33,991 nt of DNA from Nanobdellota archaeon. GTDB taxonomy: Archaea; Nanobdellota; Nanobdellia; Pacearchaeales; GW2011-AR1. The notes under the pieces are model-generated. The model did not search any database. It was not told the DNA's origin and was given only the letters and a program-made list of their open reading frames with translations. The stretch lies in contig JBBSYK010000021.1 in NCBI GenBank assembly GCA_038045285.1, forward strand, positions 1-33,991. Reading direction: 5' to 3'. Of this stretch, positions 24,176-33,492 are shown one piece after another; the stretch's first letter is position 1, and every line of letters begins with the position of its first letter. Both the position numbers and the translations under genes were made by a program.

Positions 24176-24633
24176 TATATTCCTTTTTTTTCATACATCT
24201 CAATTTTTTTCAATCTTCTTTTGTGTCTTTCTGCTTCAGAAAATTTTGTATTCAGCCATATATCGATAATTCTCTTAATCTTGGCAAAAGAAAAACCTTT
24301 TCCCCGCAAGCCAATTATATTTGCATCGTTATGGGAGCGGGACATTTTTGCAGAATAAGAATCGTATGGAGCCACGGCTCTGATTCCCTGAATTTTGTTC
24401 GCGGCAATGATCATTCCGCTTCCTGTACCGCAAATTAATACTCCTTTTGCATCTTTCTTTCTGTTATTTATAACTTTTTCTGCAACTTTGAATGCGAAAT
24501 CTGGATAGTCATCTTTTTTTTCATATCTTTCAGAACCTATATCTTCAAAATCTATATTTTTTGAATATAAATATTTCTTAATTTTTTCTTTTAAAAAATA
24601 ACCTGCATGATCGCTTCCAACATATATTATCAC
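24175..24633 (-). CDS. rpiB: ribose-5-phosphate isomerase B
   Basis: VGSDHAGYFLK and ICGTGSGMIIAANK motifs of the RpiB/LacAB family; 152 aa. Confidence 0.85.
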   Translation of the reverse strand: MIIYVGSDHAGYFLKEKIKKYLYSKNIDFEDIGSERYEKKDDYPDFAFKVAEKVINNRKKDAKGVLICGTGSGMIIAANKIQGIRAVAPYDSYSAKMSRSHNDANIIGLRGKGFSFAKIKRIIDIWLNTKFSEAERHKRRLKKIEMYEKKGI

Positions 24634-24682
24634 TTTTTTACCCTCTTTTTCATATACATAAGAAAAAAGAAGTTTATAATTA

Positions 24683-25318
24683 TTATGTTTTCACTGAAGC
24701 AACTTCTTTCAAAAATTCTTCTGGATGAGGGTTATTAGCTATTACTGAAGAAACTAAAATACCTTTACATCCTAGATCATATGCTTTTTTAACATCATCA
24801 CCAGAACTTATTCCAGCTCCGCATAAAGGAATAATGTCTGTTCCTTGAAGTATTTTTGAGAATTTCTCAACATCGTGCGTTTTATGAGTGGTTATCGATT
24901 TTCCTGATTCAATCAAATTTGGATCTTCAAATGCTATGGCATAGGGGGACAATTTCTTAATTTTTTCAACATCATTTAAATTGGAGACGCAGATGATTAG
25001 TTTAAAGCCTATATCTCTGCATCTGTTAATTGTTTTTTTTACTGCAGCTATACTTAATTTATGTTCAGAATGATTCAATAAGCTTCCCTGTGCCCCTGCC
25101 TCTTTTAGAAATTCAGGGATATTATACCCTGTTCCTCTGCCGAGTTCTTGAAAGTCAACATGCTGAGCGAAAATTGGTAGAGTTGTATTTTTTGCTGTCT
25201 CCATGAGATCCACTATAGGAACAGCAACTATCGCTTTGTTGCAATATATGTCAATGGTTCTAACTAACTCAAGAGCTTTTTGCTTGTATACATAATTCTT
25301 AAAATTTACAACTATCAT
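24683..25318 (-). CDS. tpiA: triosephosphate isomerase (short archaeal type)
   Basis: VVNFKNY, LLNHSEH and FEDPNLIESG motifs; 211 aa length typical of archaeal TIM. Confidence 0.8.
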   Translation of the reverse strand: MIVVNFKNYVYKQKALELVRTIDIYCNKAIVAVPIVDLMETAKNTTLPIFAQHVDFQELGRGTGYNIPEFLKEAGAQGSLLNHSEHKLSIAAVKKTINRCRDIGFKLIICVSNLNDVEKIKKLSPYAIAFEDPNLIESGKSITTHKTHDVEKFSKILQGTDIIPLCGAGISSGDDVKKAYDLGCKGILVSSVIANNPHPEEFLKEVASVKT

Positions 25319-25468
25319 ACTACTTTTTTAATTTTTAGATAAAAATATCAGTAAATTGAACCTTATTAACTTAATGCTTTTTATTTATAATATGATCTAT
25401 TAATTATTAATGAAGTTATAATATACACATATTTAAAAAAAGACCCTCCTTGTTTTTTCAAGAGAAAT

Positions 25469-26260
25469 ATGGAAAAGCAATTAGCGATTATTATCCCAGC
25501 ACATAATGAAGAGAAAAGAATAGAAAAGACTCTTAGAAAGTACCTGTCCTATTTTAATAATATTGAGAAATCAAAAAATCTTAATTATAAAATTATTGTT
25601 GTAATTAATGCTTCAAAGGATAAAACAAAAGATATTGTTGAAGAAATGAGGAAAAAGGACAAACATTTAGAATATTTGGATTTAGCAAAGGGCGGTAAAG
25701 GGTATGCTGTTATAGAAGGATTTAAGGAGGCCATAAAGAATGATTTCAATTTAATTGGGTTTGTTGACGCAGATATGGCTACTTCGCCTTCTTCATTCAA
25801 TGATTTAATATTAAACATTAATAAAAATGATGGTGTTTTAGCGAGTAGATATGTATCTGGATCTAGATTAATTCCAGCTATGACTTTTAGAAGAGTTGTT
25901 GTAAGCAGAGTATTCAATTTTTTAGTGAGGTCACTTTTCCTTATACCTTATAGAGATACACAGTGCGGCGCCAAACTCTTTACCGCTAGAGCATTGAAAA
26001 ATAGTGTATATTCAATAGGTATGACTCAATGGGCTTTTGATATGGAGCTTCTATACACTATGCATAAAAATAACATGAAAATTATAGAAATACCTACTGT
26101 TTGGACTGATGTTGCTGATAGTAAATTAAGAGTTGGAAAAACATCGGTACAGATGTTTTTTTCAGTTTTGCAATTGAGAGTAATTAAATCTCCTCTTAGA
26201 AAATTATTACATCCACTTAAACCAATAGTGATGTTATTGTGGGGGCTGTTAAATAAATAA
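25469..26260 (+). CDS. dolichyl-phosphate beta-glucosyltransferase-like GT2 (Alg5-like)
   Basis: IIIPAHNEE, GGKGYAV, FVDADMAT and especially RDTQCGAKLF match the Alg5/Dol-P-Glc synthase signature. Confidence 0.75.
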   Translation: MEKQLAIIIPAHNEEKRIEKTLRKYLSYFNNIEKSKNLNYKIIVVINASKDKTKDIVEEMRKKDKHLEYLDLAKGGKGYAVIEGFKEAIKNDFNLIGFVDADMATSPSSFNDLILNINKNDGVLASRYVSGSRLIPAMTFRRVVVSRVFNFLVRSLFLIPYRDTQCGAKLFTARALKNSVYSIGMTQWAFDMELLYTMHKNNMKIIEIPTVWTDVADSKLRVGKTSVQMFFSVLQLRVIKSPLRKLLHPLKPIVMLLWGLLNK

Positions 26261-26261
26261 A

Positions 26262-26744
26262 ATGAATATAGCATTAATAGCTTCGCAGGGAGGACATGCC
26301 GGACAGATGAATATAATATTCACAGAAAAAGTTATTGGCAGAAATAATATTGTATTTATCACAGAAAAAGAAGGTCAGACTGAAGAATGTAGTATGAAAG
26401 AAAAATCATTTTTAAAAAAATTTAATACGTATTACTTTAGAAAGGATTATTTATCATTTTATCCTTTAAGGTACTTTAGGGCGATATTTGAATTAAGGAA
26501 AATCTTCAAAAATGAAAAGATTGATCTGATAATTACTAACGGCGCTCAAATATCTATTTCAGCGGTGATTTCTGCCAAATTATTAGGTATAAAATCTATT
26601 TTCTTTGATACTGTAATAAGAGTAAAAACACCTAACTGGTCAGCACGCGCTGCTTATTTGTTTTCAGATATTTTTCTTGTTCAACATCCAAATATGGCCA
26701 TAAAATACGGTAAAAAGGCTAAATTCGCTGGAGGAATATTGTGA
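26262..26744 (+). CDS. Alg14-like oligosaccharide biosynthesis protein (membrane-recruiting subunit)
   Basis: ASQGGHAGQM corresponds to the GSGGHTxEM motif of Alg14/PssD/Cps14F. About 160 aa. Starts 1 nt after the upstream stop. Confidence 0.6.
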   Translation: MNIALIASQGGHAGQMNIIFTEKVIGRNNIVFITEKEGQTEECSMKEKSFLKKFNTYYFRKDYLSFYPLRYFRAIFELRKIFKNEKIDLIITNGAQISISAVISAKLLGIKSIFFDTVIRVKTPNWSARAAYLFSDIFLVQHPNMAIKYGKKAKFAGGIL

Positions 26745-27220
26745 TTTTTGTAACTGTAGGCACTCATCCAGAACAATTTTATCGATTGATTAAGAAAATA
26801 GACATAATCGCTCCAAATATAAAAGAAAAAATAATTATTCAAAGAGGTTTCACTAGTTATATTCCAAAAAACTGTAAATCATTTGAATTTTCTCCATCTT
26901 TAGAAGAATATTATAAAAAAGCCCATCTTGTAATTGCTCAATCCGCGACTTCACTTATCGAGTTCATTTTGAAATATAAAAAACCAGTAATAACTGTACC
27001 TAGACAAAAACGCTTTAAGGAACATTTGAATGATCATCAAATTGAATTTGCTTTGTTTATGCAAGAAAAAACAGGAATTAAGGCCATATTGAACATTGAT
27101 GATCTTACTCCTGCATTGCTTAAAAATTATAAAAAACATGCGATATTAAAAGAAGATAGTTTAAAAAAATTTCAACTTTATTTTATAAAACTATTTGAAA
27201 AATTAGAAAATGAAAAATAA
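26741..27220 (+). CDS. Alg13-like glycosyltransferase (GT28 C-terminal domain, catalytic subunit)
   Basis: MIFVTVGTHPEQFYRLIKKID start typical of Alg13/PssE/Cps14G. GTG start overlaps the upstream stop (GTGA). Confidence 0.65.
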   Translation: MIFVTVGTHPEQFYRLIKKIDIIAPNIKEKIIIQRGFTSYIPKNCKSFEFSPSLEEYYKKAHLVIAQSATSLIEFILKYKKPVITVPRQKRFKEHLNDHQIEFALFMQEKTGIKAILNIDDLTPALLKNYKKHAILKEDSLKKFQLYFIKLFEKLENEK

Positions 27221-27896
27221 AAAAAGAAAATTAGAAGAAGAGCCATTTGCTAATAATCGTGTTAATTACTTAATTAATCTTATTTCCCCAAATAAGAAAG
27301 ATAAAATTCTGAATGTTGGAATTTCAAATATTCCTGAAATAGAGATGGCTATCGAAAATAAAGTTAAAGAATGCTGGACTATAGATATGGATAAAGATAA
27401 ACTAGAGAAAGCTTCTAAATACCTTAAAAAAACTAAACTTTTACGGGAAGACATTACGACTTGGCCGTTAAAGAAAAATTATTTTGATAAAGTTGTAATT
27501 CTAGAAGTTTTAGAGCATCTAGATTCTGATACAGATGCACTAAGATGGATTAATTCAATATTGAAAGAGAAGGGTACTGTGATTATAGGTGTACCTAATA
27601 AAAGTCTTCTTCATAATATTAATCCTGTAAAATATGCTGAACATAAGAGGCATTATTCAAATGAGGAAATAATTGAAAAAGTTAAAATAGCTGGTTTTGA
27701 AGTTGAACATTTAAATGTAGTTGAAAATTGGTCTCTTTTGGCAAATTTATATATTCATTTGTTCTTCAAATTTATATTGCATAGAACAATTCCTTTTAAT
27801 ACTTTTAACAAAAGCGCAAATAAAACTTATATGCGGGAGAATAAATCTGGGTTAGATATAATTATTAAAGCTATAAAAATTAAGGATGTTGAATGA
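27210..27896 (+). CDS. class I SAM-dependent methyltransferase-like protein
   Basis: Methyltransf_11-like layout: KILNVG (degenerate motif I), FDKVVILEVLEHL, GTVIIGVPN. Overlaps the upstream gene by 11 nt. Confidence 0.6.
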   Translation: MKNKKRKLEEEPFANNRVNYLINLISPNKKDKILNVGISNIPEIEMAIENKVKECWTIDMDKDKLEKASKYLKKTKLLREDITTWPLKKNYFDKVVILEVLEHLDSDTDALRWINSILKEKGTVIIGVPNKSLLHNINPVKYAEHKRHYSNEEIIEKVKIAGFEVEHLNVVENWSLLANLYIHLFFKFILHRTIPFNTFNKSANKTYMRENKSGLDIIIKAIKIKDVE

Positions 27897-27901
27897 TCTC
27901 T

Positions 27902-29095
27902 TTATTTCCTTTGGTATCTGAGAAAATTTTTTAACCTGAAAGAAGTTATTAACCCATATTCTATTGTTATAAAGAAAACATAAAAAGGATGCAAAAGCCA
28001 GAATAATTTTCCTGTTTTTTTAATAAGTTTAATTGCCTCAAAAAAATGTCCAATTAGACTTAAATTATTAGCAATCATTAAAAAGAATTTAATTTTTCCA
28101 CTTATTCCTGAACCTCTCTGTGTCCACTTAAAGCTCTTTTTTTCATATTCATGATCTATAAACCTGTAGAAATATGCTCCTTTTTTCTTCATATAACTAA
28201 ACATATTAGAAGTAGTTTTATGATAGACTCTTGCTTTTAGTGGAACTGCAACTTTCATTCCGTGTTCGGACATAGATGCAAAAACATCAACATCTCTAGT
28301 GTAGCCCCCTATTATTTTAAAAACTTCTTTTCTAAATGCACATCCATTTGCTCCTCCATAAAGAATATTATCTTTATGAAGTTGATGTAAATAGTATTTT
28401 CCATCGAAGATTTTAAATTTTTTGGGATGTAAGATAATCTGGGCAGGTAAGGAATAAGGTATTGCGAATGGATCTTCAACTCCGATTGAGTTTACATATT
28501 TTAAAAAATTAGTATCATTTTCTTTATATTGCAATAAAGATTGAGAAGCCATAATTTCTTTATCCATTTCAAAAGGTTCAAGAATTTGATTAGGCCATTC
28601 TTTGCCGAGCAGTATATTGTCATGATCCAAAAATATTAAAATTTCTCCTTTAGCTGCTTCCACACCTATGTCTTTGCTCATGCCTCTTCCTTCTGAGAGT
28701 TTGTGAGGATTATGAAATAATCTTATATTATTATATCTTTTCATAAATTCATTGACTATATTGAGCGTTTTATCTTGTGAGCCTCCATCAACAATAATAA
28801 CTTCAAATTTCTCTTTAGGAAAGTCTTGAATAAAAATTGAACTCAAGCACTCTCTTAAAGTTCTTTCTGCATTTAATATTCCAAGAATATAACTAACCTC
28901 TATCTTATCTTGAGATACATTGTTATCAATATAATCGATGAGATTGTTAGGCGTATTATTTGTCATAATTGAATTAATATGCTTTGGTCCTTTGATTCTT
29001 TTTATAATTTTTTTGACAAATAAAGTTTTCCTCTTTCCTTTCAGTTCACTTTTTAATTTCTTTGTTTTTTTCCTCTTTCCTGATATTATAGCCAT
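27902..29095 (-). CDS. glycosyltransferase family 2 with a Lys-rich N-terminal extension
   Basis: VSYILGILNAERTL, EVIIVDGGSQDKT and IFLDHDN (DxD) motifs. TTTATAAA at 29117-29124, exactly 21 nt upstream, supports the long start. Confidence 0.75.
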   Translation of the reverse strand: MAIISGKRKKTKKLKSELKGKRKTLFVKKIIKRIKGPKHINSIMTNNTPNNLIDYIDNNVSQDKIEVSYILGILNAERTLRECLSSIFIQDFPKEKFEVIIVDGGSQDKTLNIVNEFMKRYNNIRLFHNPHKLSEGRGMSKDIGVEAAKGEILIFLDHDNILLGKEWPNQILEPFEMDKEIMASQSLLQYKENDTNFLKYVNSIGVEDPFAIPYSLPAQIILHPKKFKIFDGKYYLHQLHKDNILYGGANGCAFRKEVFKIIGGYTRDVDVFASMSEHGMKVAVPLKARVYHKTTSNMFSYMKKKGAYFYRFIDHEYEKKSFKWTQRGSGISGKIKFFLMIANNLSLIGHFFEAIKLIKKTGKLFWLLHPFYVFFITIEYGLITSFRLKNFLRYQRK

Positions 29096-29116
29096 AATTT
29101 CCCTATAAGAAAGAGG

Positions 29117-29124
29117 TTTATAAA
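29117..29124 (-). promoter_or_regulatory. TATA box of the GT2 gene 27902-29095
   Basis: TTTATAAA (self-complementary) lies 21 nt from the ATG at 29095. Confidence 0.55.
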
Positions 29125-29151
29125 TATGATTTTAGTAGAGAATAAAAGAGT

Positions 29152-30996
29152 TTACAAAATAATTTTATCGTAAGGAATTTTATCAAGGTAAATCTTACAC
29201 CAAATCTCAAAATTAAGCAAAACCCAGAGCTTATGGTCATTTCTAAAAGCTGAAGGATTTTCAATTATTTTCCTTAGTTCAGAAGGATTAAATATATCTC
29301 TTTTCGCAAGAGAATCAAAATGCTCTTTCATACGATCAAAAAATTCTTTTTTAGTAAACCACTCTGAAATTGGTAATGTAAAGCCCTGCTTTTTTTTCTT
29401 TAAAATCTTATCGGGAAGAAGTTTGGTGATAACTTTTCTAAATAACCATCTTTTTTGTTTATATGAATTATCAATTTTGGCAAAATACTCAATTAAATTA
29501 CAATCAAGAAAAGGATTTCTTATTTCTAGACTGTTAGCCATACTCATCTTATCGGCTTTCATCAATAAATCATTAGGCAACCACTCTTTGAAATAATAAT
29601 TAAGCGTTTGGTTATGCAAATTTCTTTCATCCTTTAGATATTTGTAAATTGGATGTGATAAATCAATTTTATTTTTTATTTTTTCTGAAAATAATTGGTT
29701 TTTTTCATCTTTGCTAAAAGAAAAATAAAATAATTTTTCATATGCTTTAATTACGTCTTTTTCTTTTAATATTTCTGATCCTAGTTTTAAGAACTGCTTT
29801 TTAGGATATTTGAAGAATTTTGATGCAGTAAAGAAGAATAAACTTCCTACTTGTTTAATTATTCCAGGCAGTTTATTTATTTTATATAATAAATTTAATG
29901 AATTAAAAGTATCATATCCTCCAAATACTTCATCGCCTCCTTCTCCTGAGAGTGCAACTTTTACCTTCTTTGCAACTTCTCTTGAAAGGACAAAAATTGG
30001 CAGAGCAGCAGGATCAGCCAATGGCTCATCAAAATGCCAAACAACTCTTGGTAGATTCTGTAATATTTCTTCTTCTACTTTAATTTCAGTATGCTCAGTC
30101 TTAAATTTATTTGAAATAATCCTTGCATAAAGAGTTTCATCGGTAGGATGATTAAATCCAATTGAAAAAGTTTTAATTTTGGCGCCAATTCGGCTCATAT
30201 AAGCCACAATTGTACTTGAGTCAAGGCCTCCTGACAAGAAAACTCCAATTGGAACATCAGCCATTAACCTCTTTTTGATTGAAGATTCAATTAATTTATC
30301 TACCTCTTGCTCTTTTGGCTGAATTTTAGGCTCAAATGATGGAAGAGACCAATAACTTTCAATCTTAATATTTTTTCCGTCATAAACCATAAAATGGCCT
30401 GGCTCAAGTTTCTTTATATGTTTAAACATTGTTTTCTCTCCTATAGAAAATCTCATTGTAAGATAATCGCTTAAGCATTGATAATCTATATCTCTTTTTA
30501 CCTCTTCATCTAATAAAATAGCTTTAATTTCAGAAGCAAAAATTAATCTTTTTTTGTCCCAGAAATAATAAAGCGGCTTTTTTCCTATTCTGTCTCTCGC
30601 AATCAAGAGCCTCTTTTTTCTTTTATCATAGAGAGCAAAGGCAAACATGCCTTCTAACCTTACACACAGATTCTCTCCCCATTGCTCATAGCCATGTATA
30701 ATTACTTCTGTATCTGATTCGCTAAAGAATTTATGCTTTTCTTTTATAAGTTCATTTTTCAAAATAGGATAATTATAAATTTCTCCGTTGAATACAACTA
30801 AAACATCCCTATTCTCGTTATACATCGGTTGATGTCCTTTCAATGATAAATCTAAGATGCTTAATCTCCTGTGCCCTAGAGAAATATCCTTATCAATATA
30901 GAAACCTGAATCATCTGGTCCTCTATGAGCAATTAGAGAGGTCATTTTTTTTATTAAGTCTCGATCAGCCCAATTAAATCCTGCAATTCCACACAT
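29152..30996 (-). CDS. asnB: asparagine synthase (glutamine-hydrolysing)-family amidotransferase
   Basis: MCGIAGF Ntn nucleophile start and FLSGGLDSS PP-loop; 614 aa. TTTATAAA lies at 31018-31025, 21 nt upstream. Confidence 0.85.
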   Translation of the reverse strand: MCGIAGFNWADRDLIKKMTSLIAHRGPDDSGFYIDKDISLGHRRLSILDLSLKGHQPMYNENRDVLVVFNGEIYNYPILKNELIKEKHKFFSESDTEVIIHGYEQWGENLCVRLEGMFAFALYDKRKKRLLIARDRIGKKPLYYFWDKKRLIFASEIKAILLDEEVKRDIDYQCLSDYLTMRFSIGEKTMFKHIKKLEPGHFMVYDGKNIKIESYWSLPSFEPKIQPKEQEVDKLIESSIKKRLMADVPIGVFLSGGLDSSTIVAYMSRIGAKIKTFSIGFNHPTDETLYARIISNKFKTEHTEIKVEEEILQNLPRVVWHFDEPLADPAALPIFVLSREVAKKVKVALSGEGGDEVFGGYDTFNSLNLLYKINKLPGIIKQVGSLFFFTASKFFKYPKKQFLKLGSEILKEKDVIKAYEKLFYFSFSKDEKNQLFSEKIKNKIDLSHPIYKYLKDERNLHNQTLNYYFKEWLPNDLLMKADKMSMANSLEIRNPFLDCNLIEYFAKIDNSYKQKRWLFRKVITKLLPDKILKKKKQGFTLPISEWFTKKEFFDRMKEHFDSLAKRDIFNPSELRKIIENPSAFRNDHKLWVLLNFEIWCKIYLDKIPYDKIIL

Positions 30997-31017
30997 ATTT
31001 AAGAAATCAGAGCATTG

Positions 31018-31025
31018 TTTATAAA
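31018..31025 (-). promoter_or_regulatory. TATA box of asnB
   Basis: TTTATAAA lies 21 nt from the ATG at 30996 and directly after the stop of the upstream GT-C gene. Confidence 0.55.
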
Positions 31026-31028
31026 TAT

Positions 31029-32774
31029 TTAGAAAGTTGTGTTTTTTACAGGATTTTCGCTCTTATTTGATATAGGTGCATTGTCAAAATTACCAAAAAC
31101 CAGCAAATCACTTAAATTATTTGGAGTATTTACTTTAACAAAATCTTCAGGATATAAAACTTCATAGACGAAAGCAAGTCCACTTAACTGCGTCTCTACT
31201 TCTGGATATACGAGCCTGAATCTCATGCCATCTCTTTCAACTAATGCCTTGAAATTACTTAAATCAGCTTGTCCCTGCTGATTTGCGAAAATGCTTGAAT
31301 TTAAGTAAGGCATTGCGATTATTGTAACTCCGTTTTGCTGTCCATACTGAAACGCCCAAGAAGGATGATTGCTTGCTTCCCAAATTGAAAACATTAAATA
31401 TTTCGGTTTTTCTTTTTTCAAAAACTCTGTAAAATCACTTTCGTTTTTGTACCAAGAGAAAGCATAAGTTCTTCTTTCTGAATAAGAGGTCATTTGTGTA
31501 TAAGAGGCACTTACAACTTTATCTGCTGCTTCTGAATGACTTTTAATCCATAAAGCAGAATCTTTTACTGGTGCATAAGATGGAATTTTACTTTCTATCA
31601 AAGTACCAGCATGATTCAATTGTACAAAAAAGAACAAAGCAAAAATTATCAAAACAACAAATGTCTTAGCTCCTTTGATGTCAAATTTTACAATAGAGAG
31701 AATTTTGAATAATCCTTTGCTGCTAAAATAAAAGACAAATGGAACAATTAAGAAAACCCATCTATCTTCAATAAAACCCTGAATATAAAATATATAAAAG
31801 ACTGCTGCTGCAAAAAGCACTGTAAATGAAAAAATATCAGAATCGAGCCTTCTATTTTTTTCTTTTTTGATTAAGTCATATGTTAGACCTATGCGCCATA
31901 GTGCTGTTGCAGCACCAATTAAAAATAGAATGAATAATAATAATTTGGGAAATTGATAAAAGAAGTTTAAAGTCATCCATCCAAAAGACCTCTCTGCACT
32001 TCCGCCCTCTAGACCATAAGATAAAGCAAATGCAACTGGATTACCAAATAAAGAGTACTGCCATAACATGAAGGGAATCAATGAAAGAACGAAAGCAAGA
32101 AAAGATCTCCAATAAAGCTTATTCTTAATAAAACTTAGACCGTCTTTAAACAATACAAAGATAAAAACTGACAATGGCACTAGTAAGGAAGATATTTTAA
32201 AATAGAATGCTAAAGCAGCAAAAACCCCTGCAAGAGTGGCATACTTTTTGTTTGGTTCCTTAAATAATTTCCAGAAGAAAGTTAAAGATAATAATTGAAA
32301 ACTCAATGAAAGAAAGTCCGGCTGAAATCGGGAAGACCAAAATAAAAATGACCACATGGCAATTGCAGCCGCTGCTGCAAATAGACCTGTTTTCTTGTCA
32401 TAAAGCTCTTTTCCTAGAACATAAGTAAGATAAACGAGAGCAGTTGAGGGCAATGCAACTAGAAAAAACTTTAGCATAAATTCCTGAAATCCTAAAAATA
32501 AAAACAATGCGCTTATTAATTGAAATAAAGGTGGTCTTTGAGGATTCAGATCATATGGCACTGAAAATGCCCAATGTTTTGCAGTGGACATATATTCTGC
32601 TTCATCCCACCACAAGGTCTGGTCATTTGTTTGGAGGAGAAAATAAAGCCTGAGAGCAAAAGCTCCGATAATGATTATAGCAAGAATTAAATTATAGGGA
32701 TCTTTGAGCCAATTTTTGATTTTTTCTTTTCTTTCCTCAAGCCTTTTTTCAACATCATTATCTTTATTCTCCAT
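31029..32774 (-). CDS. GT-C fold membrane glycosyltransferase (GT39/GT83, ArnT/PMT_2-like)
   Basis: 581 aa with more than 10 hydrophobic segments. First-loop motif WWDEAEYM is typical of ArnT/PMT-type Dol-P/Und-P-sugar transferases. Soluble C-terminal domain. Confidence 0.7.
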   Translation of the reverse strand: MENKDNDVEKRLEERKEKIKNWLKDPYNLILAIIIIGAFALRLYFLLQTNDQTLWWDEAEYMSTAKHWAFSVPYDLNPQRPPLFQLISALFLFLGFQEFMLKFFLVALPSTALVYLTYVLGKELYDKKTGLFAAAAAIAMWSFLFWSSRFQPDFLSLSFQLLSLTFFWKLFKEPNKKYATLAGVFAALAFYFKISSLLVPLSVFIFVLFKDGLSFIKNKLYWRSFLAFVLSLIPFMLWQYSLFGNPVAFALSYGLEGGSAERSFGWMTLNFFYQFPKLLLFILFLIGAATALWRIGLTYDLIKKEKNRRLDSDIFSFTVLFAAAVFYIFYIQGFIEDRWVFLIVPFVFYFSSKGLFKILSIVKFDIKGAKTFVVLIIFALFFFVQLNHAGTLIESKIPSYAPVKDSALWIKSHSEAADKVVSASYTQMTSYSERRTYAFSWYKNESDFTEFLKKEKPKYLMFSIWEASNHPSWAFQYGQQNGVTIIAMPYLNSSIFANQQGQADLSNFKALVERDGMRFRLVYPEVETQLSGLAFVYEVLYPEDFVKVNTPNNLSDLLVFGNFDNAPISNKSENPVKNTTF

Positions 32775-32793
32775 TAATCATACTGGAAATGAG

Positions 32794-32834
32794 AGTTTTT
32801 ATGTGTTTTTGTTTTTTCAAAACACATAAAAACT
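32794..32834 (-). terminator. perfect 16-bp hairpin between the 32875 gene and the GT-C gene
   Basis: AGTTTTTATGTGTTTT (32794-32809) and AAAACACATAAAAACT (32819-32834) with a 9-nt T-rich spacer. Lies downstream of the stop at 32875 and overlaps the TATA window of the gene starting at 32774. Confidence 0.45.
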
Positions 32835-32874
32835 AATAAGAAAAATAAAAAAAGAAAAAAATAATAAAAATTAA

Positions 32875-33492
32875 TTATCTAGAATATGTTTTACAACCAA
32901 ATTTACCTGTAAAGTCAGGGGCACATATATATTGATAATTTTTAGCGCTAGGTGAACCAGTAGCATCGAAAACTTCAAACACAATTCCATCTGGCGTTAA
33001 AAGTGTTCTATTAACTAAAGTAGGAACTCCTCCTAGCCCCCACTGCCCAAAAAATTCTCTTTCATTAGATATCAAATCGCGCCAAAGACTAATTCTATTT
33101 GTCCAATTACCTCTTTGAGAAATAGTATAAATCCCCCAATAGCCTAAATCAATACCACCATAAAGATTCTCACTCTCTGCTCCTCTAATTAGCGATTTAA
33201 ATGAAGTATTTAACATTAAGTTCATAGGACTAAGTTGCAAATTCCTATCAGATAAATCGCCTTTTAAATTTCCATTTATATTACCTATTGTTAAATTAAC
33301 TCGTTTTAAAAAAATATTTCTCAACGAACTATCGACCTCTGCTTTTGTATAAACTTGAGTATAGTTAGTTGGCGATGGATAAACAGTCGGGACATTAATT
33401 ATATTCCCAGTCAATTTCACAGTTATCAAAGAAGTCAAAACTGCAACGATCAAAGCAGTCACAACAACAGCCAACAAAGTTTTTGAATCCAT
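32875..33492 (-). CDS. membrane-anchored extracellular protein, sequon-rich (about 205 aa)
   Basis: N-terminal TM LLAVVVTALIVAVLTSLITV and five N-x-S/T sequons. I prefer the ATG at 33492 because AGGAGGT sits immediately upstream (33495-33501 region); the track start at 33510 would translate that SD as KGGN. Confidence 0.55.
   Translation of the reverse strand: MDSKTLLAVVVTALIVAVLTSLITVKLTGNIINVPTVYPSPTNYTQVYTKAEVDSSLRNIFLKRVNLTIGNINGNLKGDLSDRNLQLSPMNLMLNTSFKSLIRGAESENLYGGIDLGYWGIYTISQRGNWTNRISLWRDLISNEREFFGQWGLGGVPTLVNRTLLTPDGIVFEVFDATGSPSAKNYQYICAPDFTGKFGCKTYSR

Noticed and set aside
31029-32774. Calling the 581-aa multi-TM protein the oligosaccharyltransferase AglB.
   Set aside because: No WWDYG motif or DK/MI motif is visible in the C-terminal domain. 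The N-terminal loop motif and size fit ArnT/PMT_2-type GT-C enzymes better.
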